Assembly (NCBI RefSeq): GCF_009914755.1
Contig: NC_060934.1
Direction: 5' to 3' (one strand)
From: the human T2T-CHM13v2.0 reference genome, Homo sapiens
Length of the DNA stretch: 64,000 nt
Shown here: one piece after another, positions 50,499 through 64,000 of the stretch
Numbering within the stretch: the stretch's first letter is position 1
How the letters are laid out: the number at the start of each line of letters is the position of its first letter
Notes under the pieces: generated by a model
Told to the model about the DNA's origin: nothing
Database searches by the model: none
The model's input: only the letters and a program-made list of their open reading frames with translations
Made by a program: the position numbers and the translations under genes

Positions 50499-50999
50499 AT
50501 GAAGCCACAGTAGTTAGTGGAAAAGTGATGATGAGAAAAGTCAAGAAACAAATGAAATTCTCTAATTTGTAGGTAAAATTTAGGAAAGAATAAAAATATA
50601 GAAAGAAATAGATAATAGTGCAAACATTCAATTGCTTTCCTTTAAAAAGAGACAATGATAAACAATGCAAGTTATAAGGACAACCACGTCTGAAAATTTG
50701 TTTTGTATTTCTGACTTACTAATGGAATCGATGTTCTTCTATTTAAAAATTAGAAAACAGGATTCTAATTACTATGGCTGACTGAAGACCTATTATTCTC
50801 TCATCTCTCTCTAAATCCTGTTGAAATAACTGAAGAAATAGATATATTTTAAACTCACTACCATACTGGAAGACCAGAGGGGTACTGTCAATAGATCGAA
50901 ACAGGAAGGAAATTCTGAAAAATACAGAACACATAAAAATTGATTGATGGCAAATTCCAGTAAGCTAAAGGCTGGTCCTCAAGGAGCCATAGCTTGCTG

Positions 51000-51310
51000 T
51001 GTTCACTTCCTTGTCAGACACCTCCCTCATCCAACCAGGGTGGCCTGTGACTCCATTACATGATGGAATACAGGAAGAAATCCAGCTACCCTGCTGAGGA
51101 GATCACCTAGAGGGACCACATGTGGAGAGTCCACAGGGAAAGAGGATCCCACTCATCCTGAGCCCGTCCCCACGGGGCCTTCCAGCTCAGCTGAAATACC
51201 AGGCAGCTGCAGATGCAGCCAATGGCACAGGGAGTAGAAGCATGGCCCAGCTGAGCCTCATAACCCTCAGAATCAAGAGAGTAAGTAATACGGCTCTCTT
51301 AAGTGGGATT
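51000..51310 (+). mobile_element. MaLR LTR fragment (MLT1F/G/H-like)
   Basis: GGGTGGCCTGTGACT...CTACCCTG...GACCACATGTGGAGAG...CCCAGCTGAGCC...CAGAATCAAGAGA. Confidence 0.5.
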
Positions 51311-52366
51311 TCTGAGAAAGATGTCCTCAAAGTGTGGTCTAAGGCCAGAGAAACTGGGAGTTGCCACCAATAACTGACCACTGCCCTGGCCACTCCCCTG
51401 AGAATGAGAATCCTGAGGACTCACAAGCTGCTAATGTTCCCTAAAAAGAAGCTCACCTGGCTGAGTCCTCCGCATAACAGCGGACTCCACCAGTGCTCCT
51501 AGAATCAGAATTTGCAGTCGCTGCCTAGGTAACACACTGCAGTCATCAATACTATTTGGCTTATAATCTCTTCTATGAAATGAAGAATTAAGAATATTCA
51601 AATATTGGAGAAAAATGGCATGAAATAGCAGTACCAATTATAGAGGGGTAAAGGAAGATAAATGATGGAAACAAGAAAATTTTAAGTAAAATTAACAAGC
51701 TTAGAGAAATATGCTAGGATACCCATTAATTCATCTAATAAAATTTATAAATATTAAAAAATATGATTTCTAGATTGAAAAATTCAATAAGAATTAAAAG
51801 ACAAAGCCAAATATCAAAATAGGAAGATGGAGAATTGAAAAAGTCTCTCAAAACTCAGTCCAAAAGGACAAAGGTGAAAAGTGAGAGAAAATTTGAAAGG
51901 TAACAAAGACTGATTCAGAAGCTCTAACACCTATCTAATAGACTTGTCAGGTGAAAACAGGATGATGGAGGGAGAAAATAAAGAATTAATGGAGTAATTC
52001 TCCCTGTGCTGAAAAATGTCGTGAGTTTTGTTTCATTTTGTCTTATCTTATTGAAAGGGTTAATCAAGAGATCAAGAGTTCTACAAAACATAAAAATAAA
52101 AATGAGCCCATTCCTCCATTCATCCTCAAAGTAGCTAGAGACCCTACGTGTAGGTAGACAGCTACCTAGGGGGAACAAAATTAGATTGGAGCGGCTGTCT
52201 AATCCACAAAAATAGGCCCTTGAAGATAGTGAAACAATGTGTCAAGCACAAGGACAAAAAATTTGTACCTAGAATTTCATACCTAGCCTAAATATCAGTT
52301 GTCAAAATAAGAATATTTACAGACATTCAGGGACTCAGAAAATTTATCAACCATTTTAGAGGAGTA

Positions 52367-52720
52367 GGCTGGGCATGGTGGCTCACACCTGTGAATCCCA
52401 GCACTTTGGGAGATCATGGCAAGAGGATTGCTGAAGCCCAGGAGACCAGCCTAGGCAACATAGCAAAACCTATCTCTACAAAAAACTTTTTTTTTTAATT
52501 AGCTGGACATGGTGGTGCATGCCTGTAGTCCCAGCTACTCCAGGGAGGCTGAGGAGAGAGGATTTGCTTGATCCCAGGATGTCAAGGCTGCAGTGAGCTG
52601 TGGTGGTAGCACTGCACTCCAGCCTGGGTGACAAAGTAAGACCTTGTCTCAAAAAGAACAAGAGGGAGAGGAAGAAGAAGAAGAAATAGGAGGAGGAGGA
52701 GGAGAAAAAAAGAAGAGGAG
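52367..52720 (+). mobile_element. AluJ with GA-rich expanded tail
   Basis: GGCTGGGCATGGTGGCTCAC...GTCAAGGCTGCAGTGAGCTGTG. GAGGAGTA at 52359-52366 and 52721-52728 is a likely TSD. Confidence 0.9.
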
Positions 52721-55169
52721 GAGGAGTAACTTGAAGGTTTATACTGGCAAATTTTGAAAAATGAATCTAATTTTTAAAAAGATGGCGAATCTAAGAAATA
52801 ATTTTAAAAATACTATTTTTTACAATTACAATTATATTTATAATATAGGTATGGTAGGTATTTTTAAAAGGTGAGAGGGTAATGCAGATAATAATATGGA
52901 ACTAAAACTTTATATTAGATTAACAACCTATAGAAGATGGAGGAATGGAAATCATTAAAGAGTGCCTTGTCTATTCGGGGAAGCTGAAACTTAGCATCAG
53001 ACCAAAAATCAAGACAGAAAGGAAATTTAAGACAAGGAATTATATTTTATATAAAAGTATAATCCCTCTTGGTTAAATATCTCTCACACATTGAGCAACA
53101 TAACAGCAAAATATATAAAACAAAGTATATAAAACAGAATATATATCTAATATTGTATACTAAATAAAATATCTCTATAATATGTAAAACTGAATAATAT
53201 AAAACAAAAACAGGAAAGCAGAAAAAACATACATGTTCACAGCCATAGGGTGAGAATTTAAGATGCCACAAAAAATTATAAAGTGAAAAATTAATAAAGA
53301 GAAGATTAGAATATCAATGTAAAAGCTTGATTGGACAGAGATATAAAGAGAGCTTCTTCCACAACAAATGGAAAATCTATGTGTTTTTCAAGCTCTTGTG
53401 GAATATTTATTTGAAAATATGCCCGTGCTTTAGTGAATGAAGAAAACTCAATAGATTCCACAAAAGTAGAAATCACAGAGACGACATTTTCTGAACCTAA
53501 GGCAATAAAACTAGAAATGAATACTCAAACAATGGCCCCAAAATGTCACCATACTCAAAAGCACGGGACAAAACCTCCAAATAACTAACGAATGCAAGCA
53601 AAGATAAAAACCGAAATGAAAAATCTCAAATAATGAGAGTACTCCGTACTAAAACCCATGGTCACGAGCAAAGCCGTTCTCAGTGGCACATTTAGAGCTT
53701 TGAATGTATTTTCAGAAATAAGAAAGACAAAAAGCAAATTAAGCATTCAATTCAAGAAGTTAGAAAAATTACTCAAAAATCTCAAGTAAATATAAAGAAG
53801 TAATTAATAAGGACAAAAACAGAGGCTTCACATTTCTCATATTACATACCAGATTATTTGGACCAACACTTCCACTAAAGACAACGGCTAACTTTAATAC
53901 TCCTTAAATGCATAAAAAGTTATCAATACTGTAAGGAAATATCAGTGCAAAATCTAATGAAACAGAGAACTCAGGGAGGTAAGCTGAGCCCCCAGAACAC
54001 CAAAATTACTTTTATCCTAAGAGGTTTGACAGTTTGGGTGACCCTACAAAGCAAGAGGGATGGAAATCAGGATCCAGGGCTCACTCATGTCGGAGATATA
54101 ATTGGAAACCAAGGTGGCATTATTTAGTTCATTTAAATATAAACCATGCCCCATGATCCAGCAGTCCTGCTCTGAGGTATACACCCTGGAGAAACCTGTG
54201 CACCTGAACACCAGGATAATGGGCAAGAATGTACACAGTTGTACTATTTTCGACAGCCAAAAATTGCACTATTTTTCAAAGGCCAAATGTCATCAAAAGG
54301 ACAGCCAAATAACTTGTAATTTTCACAGTAGAGGACTACACGGTAACAGAAATGAACAGTGACAGTTACCCAAAAATTCAAAGCATCAGCATAAGGAAAA
54401 ACCCAACTATCCTGTCCAGGGACATGGACATAGGCAAGGAAATTATCATGAAAGTCAGAAAAGTGGTTACCCCTGGAGGGAAGAGGGGGCTGAGTTTTGA
54501 AGGAATGTATAGGAAATTCTGGGGGGTTTTGTTGTTTGTTTTTTTGGGAACTCTAGGTGCTGGTAAGATTCTGGCTTGTAGCTTGTGACAGTGTAGGTAC
54601 ATTTATATGGGCTTTTTTCACTTTTTGCAAGTGATTTTCACAATACAAAAAGAAGGGGAAAGTTAAGAAGTAATTAAGAAAGTATAAAACACATCAACAG
54701 TAAAAGTAGATTCAAACAACAAAGACAAAAGTGTTCTTAGAAAAGCCCAATAAAGTAGCCAAGAATTGTTAACGTCCGCCCAAGTAAAAACAAAGGAGAC
54801 AAAGAACCTTAGAAATCACGAAACCACACAACTGCCTTCACGGTGCCAATTCTTAAGATAATATGGTGTATAACTTTGGACCAATAAATTTGAAATTTTA
54901 AGCTTTTGATTAAATGAACACTTTTTTTAAAACAAAAGTCTGAATGTTCCACAGTGGACTAGAGAAAATGTAGAAAACCAGAATATGCCAATATGTACAA
55001 AAGAAATGGAAAAAGTCACCAAATATACATACCCCACCCCCCACGAATTCTACACACACCCTCAATGCACAGATACGGCTTGTGCTCTTTCAACTGCACC
55101 CAGGCATGTGGAGAGAGGTGTGTCTTCTCCCCACATCTACAGAACAGCATACATTGTTATTCATTCCTT

Positions 55170-57480
55170 TTGACTCCATGTGTTGTTTTCTAGCTTTCTG
55201 AGTTCTACATATATTTCAGTTATTTTCTTTTCTGGTGATATATGTTCATAACAGTATAATTTTTTTCCTCTGAGTTTTAGTTTAGCTGTATGTCATCGCT
55301 TCTGATATACTGAGTTTTCCTTATAATTTTTGAAATTCTGCAATTTTGTTTATTTCTTCCTTGACCCAAGTTGTTTAACAGATGGTTTTATTTTTCCAGG
55401 TGGAAGTGCTTAGTTGTTTTTTATTTTCTTATTAATTTCTAGTTTTATTGCACTTAGTGAGGGTGGCTTGTATTACTTATACTTTTTGGAATTTACCGAG
55501 GCTTTCTTTACATGCTAATATATGGTCTTTTTTTGTGACTATATACTTGAAAAGAAGGTATGGAGTCTGTTGTAGGAGTACAGAATTTGAAATATATCTA
55601 TAAAACCTTCCTTATTCACTACATTGTTTAGATCTTCTGCATAATGAATATGGTAGGCTAGTACTATTCATACTAATTGTTTGCTGTCTCAATCTGCCTA
55701 GGACTGAGAGGGTAAATTGGCCTTCTGTATGTGCCTATTTCTCCTATGCTGGCGTGTCTTGGTTTATTTCTTCTTTCCTCTCTGTGGTTTCTGTTATATC
55801 AGAGTTGCTTCTGTGTAATCTAATGCATTGATACTAATAATTTTTAAATTTTCATTGTGAATTGTGGCCTTTAGCATTATAAGATATCATTTTTCTCTAA
55901 TTTAATGCTTATTGGCCTGAGTCCTACCTAGTCTATTATATGAATTGCAACATCTGCTTTCTTTCTATTAGTATTTATATATTTACCCAGCCTTTTATAA
56001 TATTTATCTTTTTCAGTTTCTTTGCATTAGACCTATCTCTTGGATACAGCTTTCAGCGATGCTTCCTTTGTTAGCCAGTCAGACACCTTTTCTTTAAATC
56101 AGTGCGTTAAACCCTTCTATAACTACTGACAGGATAATATGTTTCATGTCAGTTCCTTCAACTGTTTGATATAATATTATAGATACTTATGTTTATAAGT
56201 ATGCAGGTGGGTATATGTGTATGTTATGATGACACATGCATACATAAAGCCTTTCACTATGGAGTCTTTTTTTCACAATTCTGTTATTTATTTTGGTGTT
56301 TAGGCAGGCTTACATTTTTCTTCTAGTGTTTCTCTTGTTACTAATATCTTCATATGATAGCCTTAGTCTCCTCTTATATTAACTAGCAACCTCAACCCAG
56401 ATTTTGCAAGAGAATTAGGCCCTAAGGCATCAATTAGATAACAAAATGATCACTCTTAAGAATCTAAAATGGTACATAGTACCATCCTGGGGAGAAGGAA
56501 GAAAATCAAATCATTTTCTATGTGGCTCAATTTCTTCCAGGATCCTGGTAGAGAACGGCTCTCTGTTATGAAAACAGGCATTAACTATTAATAGTAACTG
56601 TGTCTCTTTCCTGTCCCCCTTCCCCACCACCTAATTATTAGACACTAGTGTTGGTGTTCTGAATGTCTGCTGGTTGCCCTGAGATTCCCGAGGGCTGAAG
56701 CCGGGCCGTCACAGCACCCTGGTGCCCCAGTGCCCATGAATGCAACCATCTCTGTACTCACCAGCAACTCTGAGTCTCAGAGGACGTCTCTCAGCCTGGC
56801 CAGCTGCAGCTAGACCCACATATGAGGCATGAGGTGCCTGCCTTGTGGGATATTTCAGCATCCATAGCACAGGGTGACAACAGCTCCTGCACTCTCAGCA
56901 TCCTCCAGCCATGCTGTTGATCTCTGCCTTCACTGAGGGTGTTTTGGCCACACCCACCCATATTTGGGGGTTCAGTGGGGTTTCCCTGCATCTAGTTTTT
57001 ATTGTCTATAATTTTCTAACCCTGTACTACCTTATTTTGTTTATTTGGGTTTTTCAGGAAGCATCTTGAAGACATTCAAATGCCACCCTGAGGACATGAC
57101 TCCAATGCCATAGTCTGATAGATTTTTAAATGTTGATGAAATAGACTGTGCTCCAAAAATTTTTGAATATTCGATAATTTACCTAAGCAAATACAGAAAA
57201 CTTATGTATAGCAATCACCATATTAAGTCTATCCATCCAGAACATAGTATGTCTATTTACTTAAATCTTATTTTTATTTTTCTTGGCAAAATTTTGTAGC
57301 TCTCTTCAGTTGGTTCTATATTATTCTTCCTAAAATTTTTCCGAGGTACTTTATATCCTATATTGTTTTTGTAAATGGGAATTTCTTTTCTTCCAAGTGT
57401 GCTGATTATGGCTAATATGTAACATTATCACTGATTTTTATATATGTATTTAAGACCAACACACTTTTATTATATATTTC
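55170..57480 (-). mobile_element. Old L1M fragments in reverse orientation
   Basis: Plus strand switches to T-rich. ATTTCTAGTTTTATTGCA and CTAATATATGGTC are reverse L1 endonuclease landmarks. Confidence 0.6.
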
Positions 57481-58338
57481 CTTGACTCAAGAAAAGATAA
57501 AATAGATTTTTAGCACAAAGATGAAGATCAAATATATTTATTTGTTGAAATGAAATATCAATGGGGAATTTGGAGAATATTATTTTATAATCAATTTTTA
57601 AATCAAAATTCTCTTTTTATGGTTTATGTTCATAACCTTCAGGTAAATCACAACTGATTTAATCAGCAGAATTTAATCAAGAGAATTATGTGAGGATTTA
57701 ACCCACTGGTCTGAAATATCTTTGAAAATGGCATAATTCTTTGTAATAATACATTGCTCTTTGAGTGAGATCTTGTAAATGGCCCCTTTGGAGATGTTCT
57801 GAGAAATTGTATCTATTTATAATCTAGTATTGAAATATGAATAAAAGTTTGCATATTAGAAAAAGGATTCTTTGGAAAACTGCATAGTTTTGATTATAAA
57901 AATTATGTGAATCAAATAATGAAAATGCTCTTTGGACCACGTGAGCAACCATCATCTGCTTAAACAGAAAAGATCCAAAGAAGCTACATGTGGCTGCCTT
58001 CTAACTGGTGTAAGCATCAGCCTACCCTGGGAATGCCCCCGGAGGCTTGTCAAATCTTGGATGTGCGCATGGCCTGAGGATTAGCTGTCCCCAGGTGGAG
58101 AGGAAGCTGATTTTGGAATGGAAGAAAGAGACAACATTAAAGTGCTACCAAGAATAAAGAGCATAGAACAGGAGAGGACATGAAACGGCAAGAACAGATC
58201 CCAAGTTTGTGTATAAAGTCAGCGGTGAGTACGTCAGCCAGGAATAGCTCAGATAATCCAAGGCGCAGCTCTGTCTCTGTGGGAAGGAACCCACGTAGTC
58301 CTTGAACCATATGGACAACACCTAAAATAACAGTGGTT

Positions 58339-58648
<310 letters not shown>

Positions 58649-58989
58649 TCAATAAATCACTTTTAGGGTTTGGCCTTCAGGGTTCATCTTGAATCTACGA
58701 CCAACTCACAATATCTCTGTTGCAACATGTGCCTCCTCTCGGGTTGAGAAACCATGATTACCTAAGCTTGAATCCGAGACCCTTTAACCGTCATGAACCA
58801 CTTGGTGCATATAAAATGAAACGTTTAGATGAGATGAGCTCACATGGTTCAATGCAGACCTGGCATTCCAGAAGCTTCTGAAAGCCATCATGGAACATCA
58901 CATATTCAAATGCATTCATCCCACAATTATACCTTGCGTGTAAACAACTACCCAGGCATTATGCCCGCTGGTAGATATAAAAGTAAACA

Positions 58990-59178
58990 GAAATGGGGGA
59001 GAGGCAGGGCTGTCTGCAGATGGTCCGAGGTTTCTTTTGGAGGTGATGGAAACACTTTAAAATTAGATTGTGGCGATAGCTGCACAACTCCATAAACATA
59101 CTCATAAATAATTGAGCCGTACATTTGGAAAGGGTCAATTTTATGGTATGTAAGTAACACCTCAATAAAGCCCTTTTC
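58990..59178 (+). mobile_element. L1MB/L1ME-type 3' end
   Basis: GGTTTCTTTTGGAGGTGATGGAAAC...AAAATTAGATTGTGGCGATAGCTGCACAACTC...AATTTTATGGTATGTAAG...CTCAATAAAG. Confidence 0.8.
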
Positions 59179-60899
59179 AAAAGGAGAAACAGAACAGCAG
59201 GCCTTGTTCTACAATGCCTGCAGGAGGATAAACAAGATGGAACAGCACACGGTGTCACCTGTGGTGGCTAAGGGCCTCCCACTGGGGATGGCTGCAGCCC
59301 CCCGCAGCCTTGGAAGTGTAAGCAGTGCCCCTGGCTCTCAGTGAATTGCTATCTCTCGAACGTTTCTTTTTCTTAAGTCGCACTCTCTTCCTCTATGTCA
59401 AGGCCCACACGGACACTCGCTGGTAAAATACAAGCCAACTTCTGTCTCTGGGGTGGGCCCCTATCCGGCCTGGCAAGCATCCAACAAAGTGTCCAAGTCG
59501 AGAGGCAATTCCTTTCCTCTGCTTCTCATCCACATCCCCTAGGAAAACTGTACCAGGAAGGTAGGCCATGTGGGTAATAGTACATAAGAATCCTGAAATG
59601 GCTACTAATTACAATGTTTGCAATTATTTCAAATTTTGATTTTCATAATAACTCTTCATGGTTGTGTTGACCAGAGGGAAATTTTATTCCCAAATGTGTC
59701 CGTGTCAAATTTGCCATTATCTTCCAGGAAAAAAATCAAATGAGAAGGCTTTTAGAAAGAGATAAAGTTTACTCACTGGAAATTAGAAATGAATATTTAT
59801 TGTCAGATCTCTGTCTAGATTAAAACCTTTTATTTAACACCAGTTGAAAGTGTAAATTATTCACATGTTTACATTTCAATGACTTCTGTTCTCTAATGAT
59901 TCCATTTCTAGAGTGTATTAGTGGTAAGATAATGAAATGCCTCATCAGCTTGGAGTATTAAGCAAACAACTAACTTCAACTTTTCAACAGTGAATAAAAA
60001 AATAGAGTGGTCTCCAACAACTTATTTCATCAATTTAAAGCAATACTCAGCTAACTTTCCAAAACACAGCACTAAAGGGAATATTGCCAATAAGCCGTGG
60101 AAATGCATGTCAGCCTCCCATCGATACGCATGGGACCATGATAACAGATACACTGCTCTCACACAAATCACAGTTTTTGGCAAGATTTATCTTTCCTAGA
60201 GGGGAGAATTGGGAGGGAAAAAAAGAGAAAGAGAACATAGTATTGTCCACTCGCCAGCAAAGACAAGCTCTTGGTATTTGAATGACATTATATATAATTA
60301 TTCACCCTATTCTTCTCACTTAGATTATTGCATGATATTAGGGAATTTTATTACTAATAACAATGATTTATCTATTTACAGTGCTTTAAGTTTACAAAAC
60401 ACTTGCATATGTTATCCCATTCAAGAGATGGGCTTTTTCTGGAATACTGGGGGAATCTAGATATGTCTAGAGAAAAATGAATTTGTACATTGAATTCAAG
60501 GATTTTATAAGCCAAGTCTGTTTTCCAAAAATTTCCATGCAGATGTTTCACAATCGCTTCAATGGCACCACACTGTCCATGCATTTAAGTGCTGATAATC
60601 CATGACTTTTACACATTCCTCTATCTAATAAATCTCCATTTTCATGGAAGCAACAATGAGATTTTTTGTGTGTTATGCCAAGCACAACTGCTGGCCTTGA
60701 ATAAGCCAGAGAAATGCTTTCTTTAGTATTATAATAGGCGTGTGGGTAAGGAGTTAAGACCTCATGTCTATGTTCACAATATTTACCATATTACACTATT
60801 TACAAAATGTTCATGAAATGAAAACTAACAAAACATGGAACAAGCCGGAGTGACTACGTGAAAGTCAGAGAAAGCTCTGGAAGCATTCCTCTGAAATAC

Positions 60900-61330
60900 A
60901 GGGCCACCGATTGTGCCATGTCGGAGGCAAGGATGTGAAGGAGCAATGTTGACTCTGAAGATCCCATTCTGGGTGCTGGCGGGCCTACCAGGCTGGCTTG
61001 CCTGGGAGGAGACAGGACTTTGGAAGTGACACTCTGACCCCCAGATAGAGTGGGCTGCTGCTCTGTGCCGGCAGGCCAGAGTGCCAGAGAAGTTGGGGCC
61101 GGTGGTGTTGTCTGCACAGATATGACAACTGAAACCACAGGGGCAGATGAGAACTCCAGCTGGGAGGGTGCCGAGAGAGGGCAGCACATCAGCAACCCGA
61201 GTTCAGGGTGAGCTTCAGCGAGAGGCCCTGAGAGATGTGGCGAGGGGGCCAGAGAGGTGGGAGGAGAGTCAGCCACACAGGCCCGGAGCTGCTGGAGCTG
61301 CAGGGAAAAGGGTTTCTGGAAGTCAGTGAT
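60900..61330 (-). mobile_element. L2 internal fragment
   Basis: CAGATATGACAACTGAAACCACAGGGGCAGATGAGA...GCCAGAGAGGTGGGAGGAGAG resembles reverse L2 ORF2. Confidence 0.45.
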
Positions 61331-61350
61331 GTAGAAAAATCACCTCTCCA

Positions 61351-61638
61351 GGCAGGTGTGGTGGTTCACGCCTGTAATCCAAGCACTTTGGGAGCCAGAG
61401 GCAGGCGGATCACCTGAGGTTAGGAGTTCGAGACCAGCCTGGCCAACAATGTGGTGAAACCCCATCTCTACCAAAAATACAAAAATTAGCCCAATGTGGT
61501 GGCACATGCCTGTAATCCCAGCTACTCAAGAGGCTGAGGCAGGAGAATTGCTTGAACCCGGGAGGCGGAGGTTGCAGTGAGCTCCAGCCTGGGCGACAGA
61601 GGGAGACTCTGTCTCAAAACAAAAAAAGAAAAAGAAAA
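61351..61638 (+). mobile_element. Alu (AluSx-like) with TSD
   Basis: Dimer with a short right-arm deletion. TSD AGAAAAA(T/C)CACCTCTCCA at 61333-61350 and 61639-61656. Confidence 0.95.
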
Positions 61639-62187
61639 AGAAAAACCACCTCTCCAGTGTCGCACTTACTCCATTTATTCTATTTGAGGTGCAGATGTTG
61701 ATTTTGATTTTTAGCCCTCCACCTTTTGACTCTTTAAATCAAATATGACATAATGTGTGGAATAAAATCTGCCAGATTAAGATATTCTGCTGTCATTTCC
61801 TTGCTCATTACCATGAGGCTTTTTATCTAATAGGATGTGCAAGGCATTTCATGTCTTTCCTTTGACCTCCCATGAAATAAATTTGGCCAAACGAGCTCTA
61901 CCCTAGGACATCTTTTTAATATGCAACAGATTCTTTCAATTTGAAAAGAAAAATTACCCGTTTTGAATGGAGCCTTCTGTGAAAAGTGGTCCAGGCCCTG
62001 CCTGGGGTCTGCATCCTGGGCTTGCTGACACCATCTGGGCCACTCTCTGTTTCCTGATCACTCTCCTCCCCTGCCTCAGAGATCTTCCTGCAGTCCTGAG
62101 CACAGCATGTCCCAACAGATAGGATTCCTCTCTGCTGAGGGATGCTGCCCACAGTCCCACCAGCTCCCACCAGAGCCCACCCACCTC

Positions 62188-62313
62188 TGACGTCATCAGA
62201 ATCCGGTCCAGATTATTTCTTATTTATCCCTACACTCCCTTCGAAGCTCCACTCTCTGTCGTCACTTCCTGCAGTCTCTCTAAAGACCAAATGATTCCCC
62301 ACCCCGCCCCCGC
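62188..62313. promoter_or_regulatory. Candidate enhancer/promoter: CRE, ETS/half-CRE composite, SP/KLF and EGR sites
   Basis: TGACGTCA 62188-62195, CGTCACTTCCTG 62260-62271, CCCCACCCCGCCCC 62297-62310, CGCCCCCGC 62305-62313. Confidence 0.4.
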
Positions 62314-62325
62314 TCCATCCCTTAC

Positions 62326-62463
62326 CTGCAGCCTCAACTCAGAAAACCATCAGCATGTAGTACCCAAAGCCCTCACCAGGGGCCAGCCCACTGTACCCCC
62401 CTGAGGCATTTCTTTGTGAATTGTCCATACACAGCACACTTGATCATTGTATAGAGAAGGATC
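62326..62463 (-). other. Candidate minus-strand exon (138 nt, or 87 nt with the alternative donor at 62377)
   Basis: Minus strand reads CTCCGTCTCTGCCACAG|GATCC, with donors CTG|GTGAGG and CAG|GTAAGG. Confidence 0.3.
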
Positions 62464-63527
62464 CTGTGGCAGAGACGGAGCCGAGATACATGGTTAGCAA
62501 TCAGCAACAAGGATGCCAGCCACTAGGTAAGGGCTCTGTCCTTTGCATGTCCTATCTCTTGTGTGGAGTGGCCAGGGTGTGTTATTTGAAAATTGTTGTA
62601 AGGCAATTCTGAAATTTTTACGAAGTCAAGAAGCCAGAACCTCTTGGTGGTGTGTAATTCACAGTGAGGGAATTCATTATTTTTGGACAAGAATAATCTC
62701 TGAAGATATAACTGGGTCCATAGGGAATGATCTTCCACTTCCTTACACTGACCCTTTACATTAATACTGGGGTCGTCTGCAATTGTCGGCTTGGGAAAAG
62801 GACCCTGTATCCTTTTCCATGGACTTCTTCCCTGTTCTCATCGTCATGTGCCACTCTGCCTTCTGGTTTCACTTGTGCCTTGTTGCTTCCTCTCAGACAG
62901 AAACCTCCCTCCACTTGTCTTCCTTCCAACTGGAGTGCCCTCGCGTCCTGACTTTCCCAGTGCAGTCTTGGTTTTTACCTGTTATTCCAGCATGATTATG
63001 AACAGAGCCTTCTTTCACTCTCAAAAAGGCCTAGTTTGGGTAATAACTCGTAGCGTCACAGTTTAAAGCTCATGTAACCGAGAGTTAAGTGTATATTGGA
63101 CTAGTGAATCAAGAAGCACATGCAGATAATTTTTCTTCTGCTGAATCAGCAAACTTCCCAGCCCCACTTCTCACAGGAAGCCAGGCGGCTTCTGTGGGGA
63201 CCCCATCCACCCACACGGCGCTCAGTAACCAGGGCTAAGCCCACACACTCAAGCCTAGAAATGCTCTTTTTAATGAAGCTAGGCCAAGTCAACTCACCAA
63301 TAAGAGAGAATCCTAATCCGTGTGACCAGTCAGCTCTGGTTCTCCCCAACATTTTGCACTTACACAGACGGGCAGTTTTGTAGCATGACTTCTGTTAGGC
63401 TACCGCTTATACACAGGACTTGAATTTTGTATTAACTTAACTGTACTGATTCTGCATTTCACATTGCTTCCTATACATTTTGCATGCTTTACCTTCAATA
63501 AAAACATGATTTGTTTAACAAATGGGT

Positions 63528-64000
63528 TTATTCAGTCATTTAACAAATATTAACTGTACTGAAACTGAACTCTTTCTAAATATTGGCAATACAATAATAA
63601 TGAATGAATAATGAATAAAGGGACAAACAGGGTCCCTTTTTATATAAGGCAAGTCTAGAAGAGAAATTTGGTTTAAATAAATAATCGTTAAACTCTAAAT
63701 GTGATAAGCACTACGGGAAAAACACAGAAAGCCGTGTAACCAGAAGTCTGACCTCAGTGTTGGTTGGAGAAGAGGTTAGAAAAAGACTCCGAAGGGGCTG
63801 AGGTTTAAATAGTGGATAGAAGTTAACCAGGAATAAGAGGAGGCTGAGGATGTCACAAAAGACAAAAGGAGCAGCCAATACAGAAACTGTGAGATGGGAA
63901 CCATGTTGGGACTCTAGAGAAATTGTACGAAGAGGGGAAAGTGACCCAGGTGATGGTGCAGCCTTTGCCAAAGAGTTTAAGTTTCATCCTAAGTGTAGAA
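63528..64000 (-). mobile_element. L2 3' portion
   Basis: TTATTCAGTCATTTAACAAATATT start, followed by purine-rich reverse L2 sequence to the window end. Confidence 0.65.

Larger units (their letters stand above)
50740..55030 (+). mobile_element. Old L1M mosaic (5' UTR, ORF1 and ORF2 endonuclease pieces, with nested insertions)
   Basis: L1 landmarks GCAATAAAACTAGAAAT, AAGCATTCAATTCAAGAAGTTAGAAAA and CCAATAAATTTGAAA. Confidence 0.6.

Noticed and set aside
53250-55700. Oppositely oriented L1 endonuclease-region fragments as a long dsRNA hairpin or twin-priming inversion
   Set aside because: The two pieces cover homologous L1 regions but are too diverged from each other. Independent old insertions explain them.

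Overview
Primate, most likely human or great-ape, euchromatic DNA, judged from AluJ/S/Y, L1PA, THE1, MIR, L2, CR1, MLT1 and MER elements. It looks like a long intron or a gene-poor regulatory interval. I recognise no known protein-coding gene, RNA gene or CRISPR array. The long ORFs in the track come from stop-free tandem repeats or Alus. Old L1-rich AT blocks (about 1-5.2 kb and 40-58 kb) flank repeat-poor unique DNA with enhancer-like motif clusters (about 8-9.5, 21.8-23.7, 34.3-34.6 and 46.6-47.9 kb) and a GC-rich block (28.5-32.2 kb). Most notable: (i) a chain of minus-strand exon-like segments with good splice sites, including a 28-nt microexon candidate, that can be joined into a speculative 121-aa ORF; (ii) two candidate recursive-splice (YAG|GTAAG) sites; (iii) three large simple or minisatellite arrays rich in RBFOX, NOVA and U1 motifs with G4 or Z-DNA potential; (iv) several local templated duplications and a perfect 32-bp foldback; (v) a compact CRE/ETS/SP1/EGR1 motif cluster at 62.2-62.3 kb. 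Repeat family names and boundaries are by-eye calls from remembered consensus sequences, not RepeatMasker output. Nothing in the sequence alone establishes a novel biological system.
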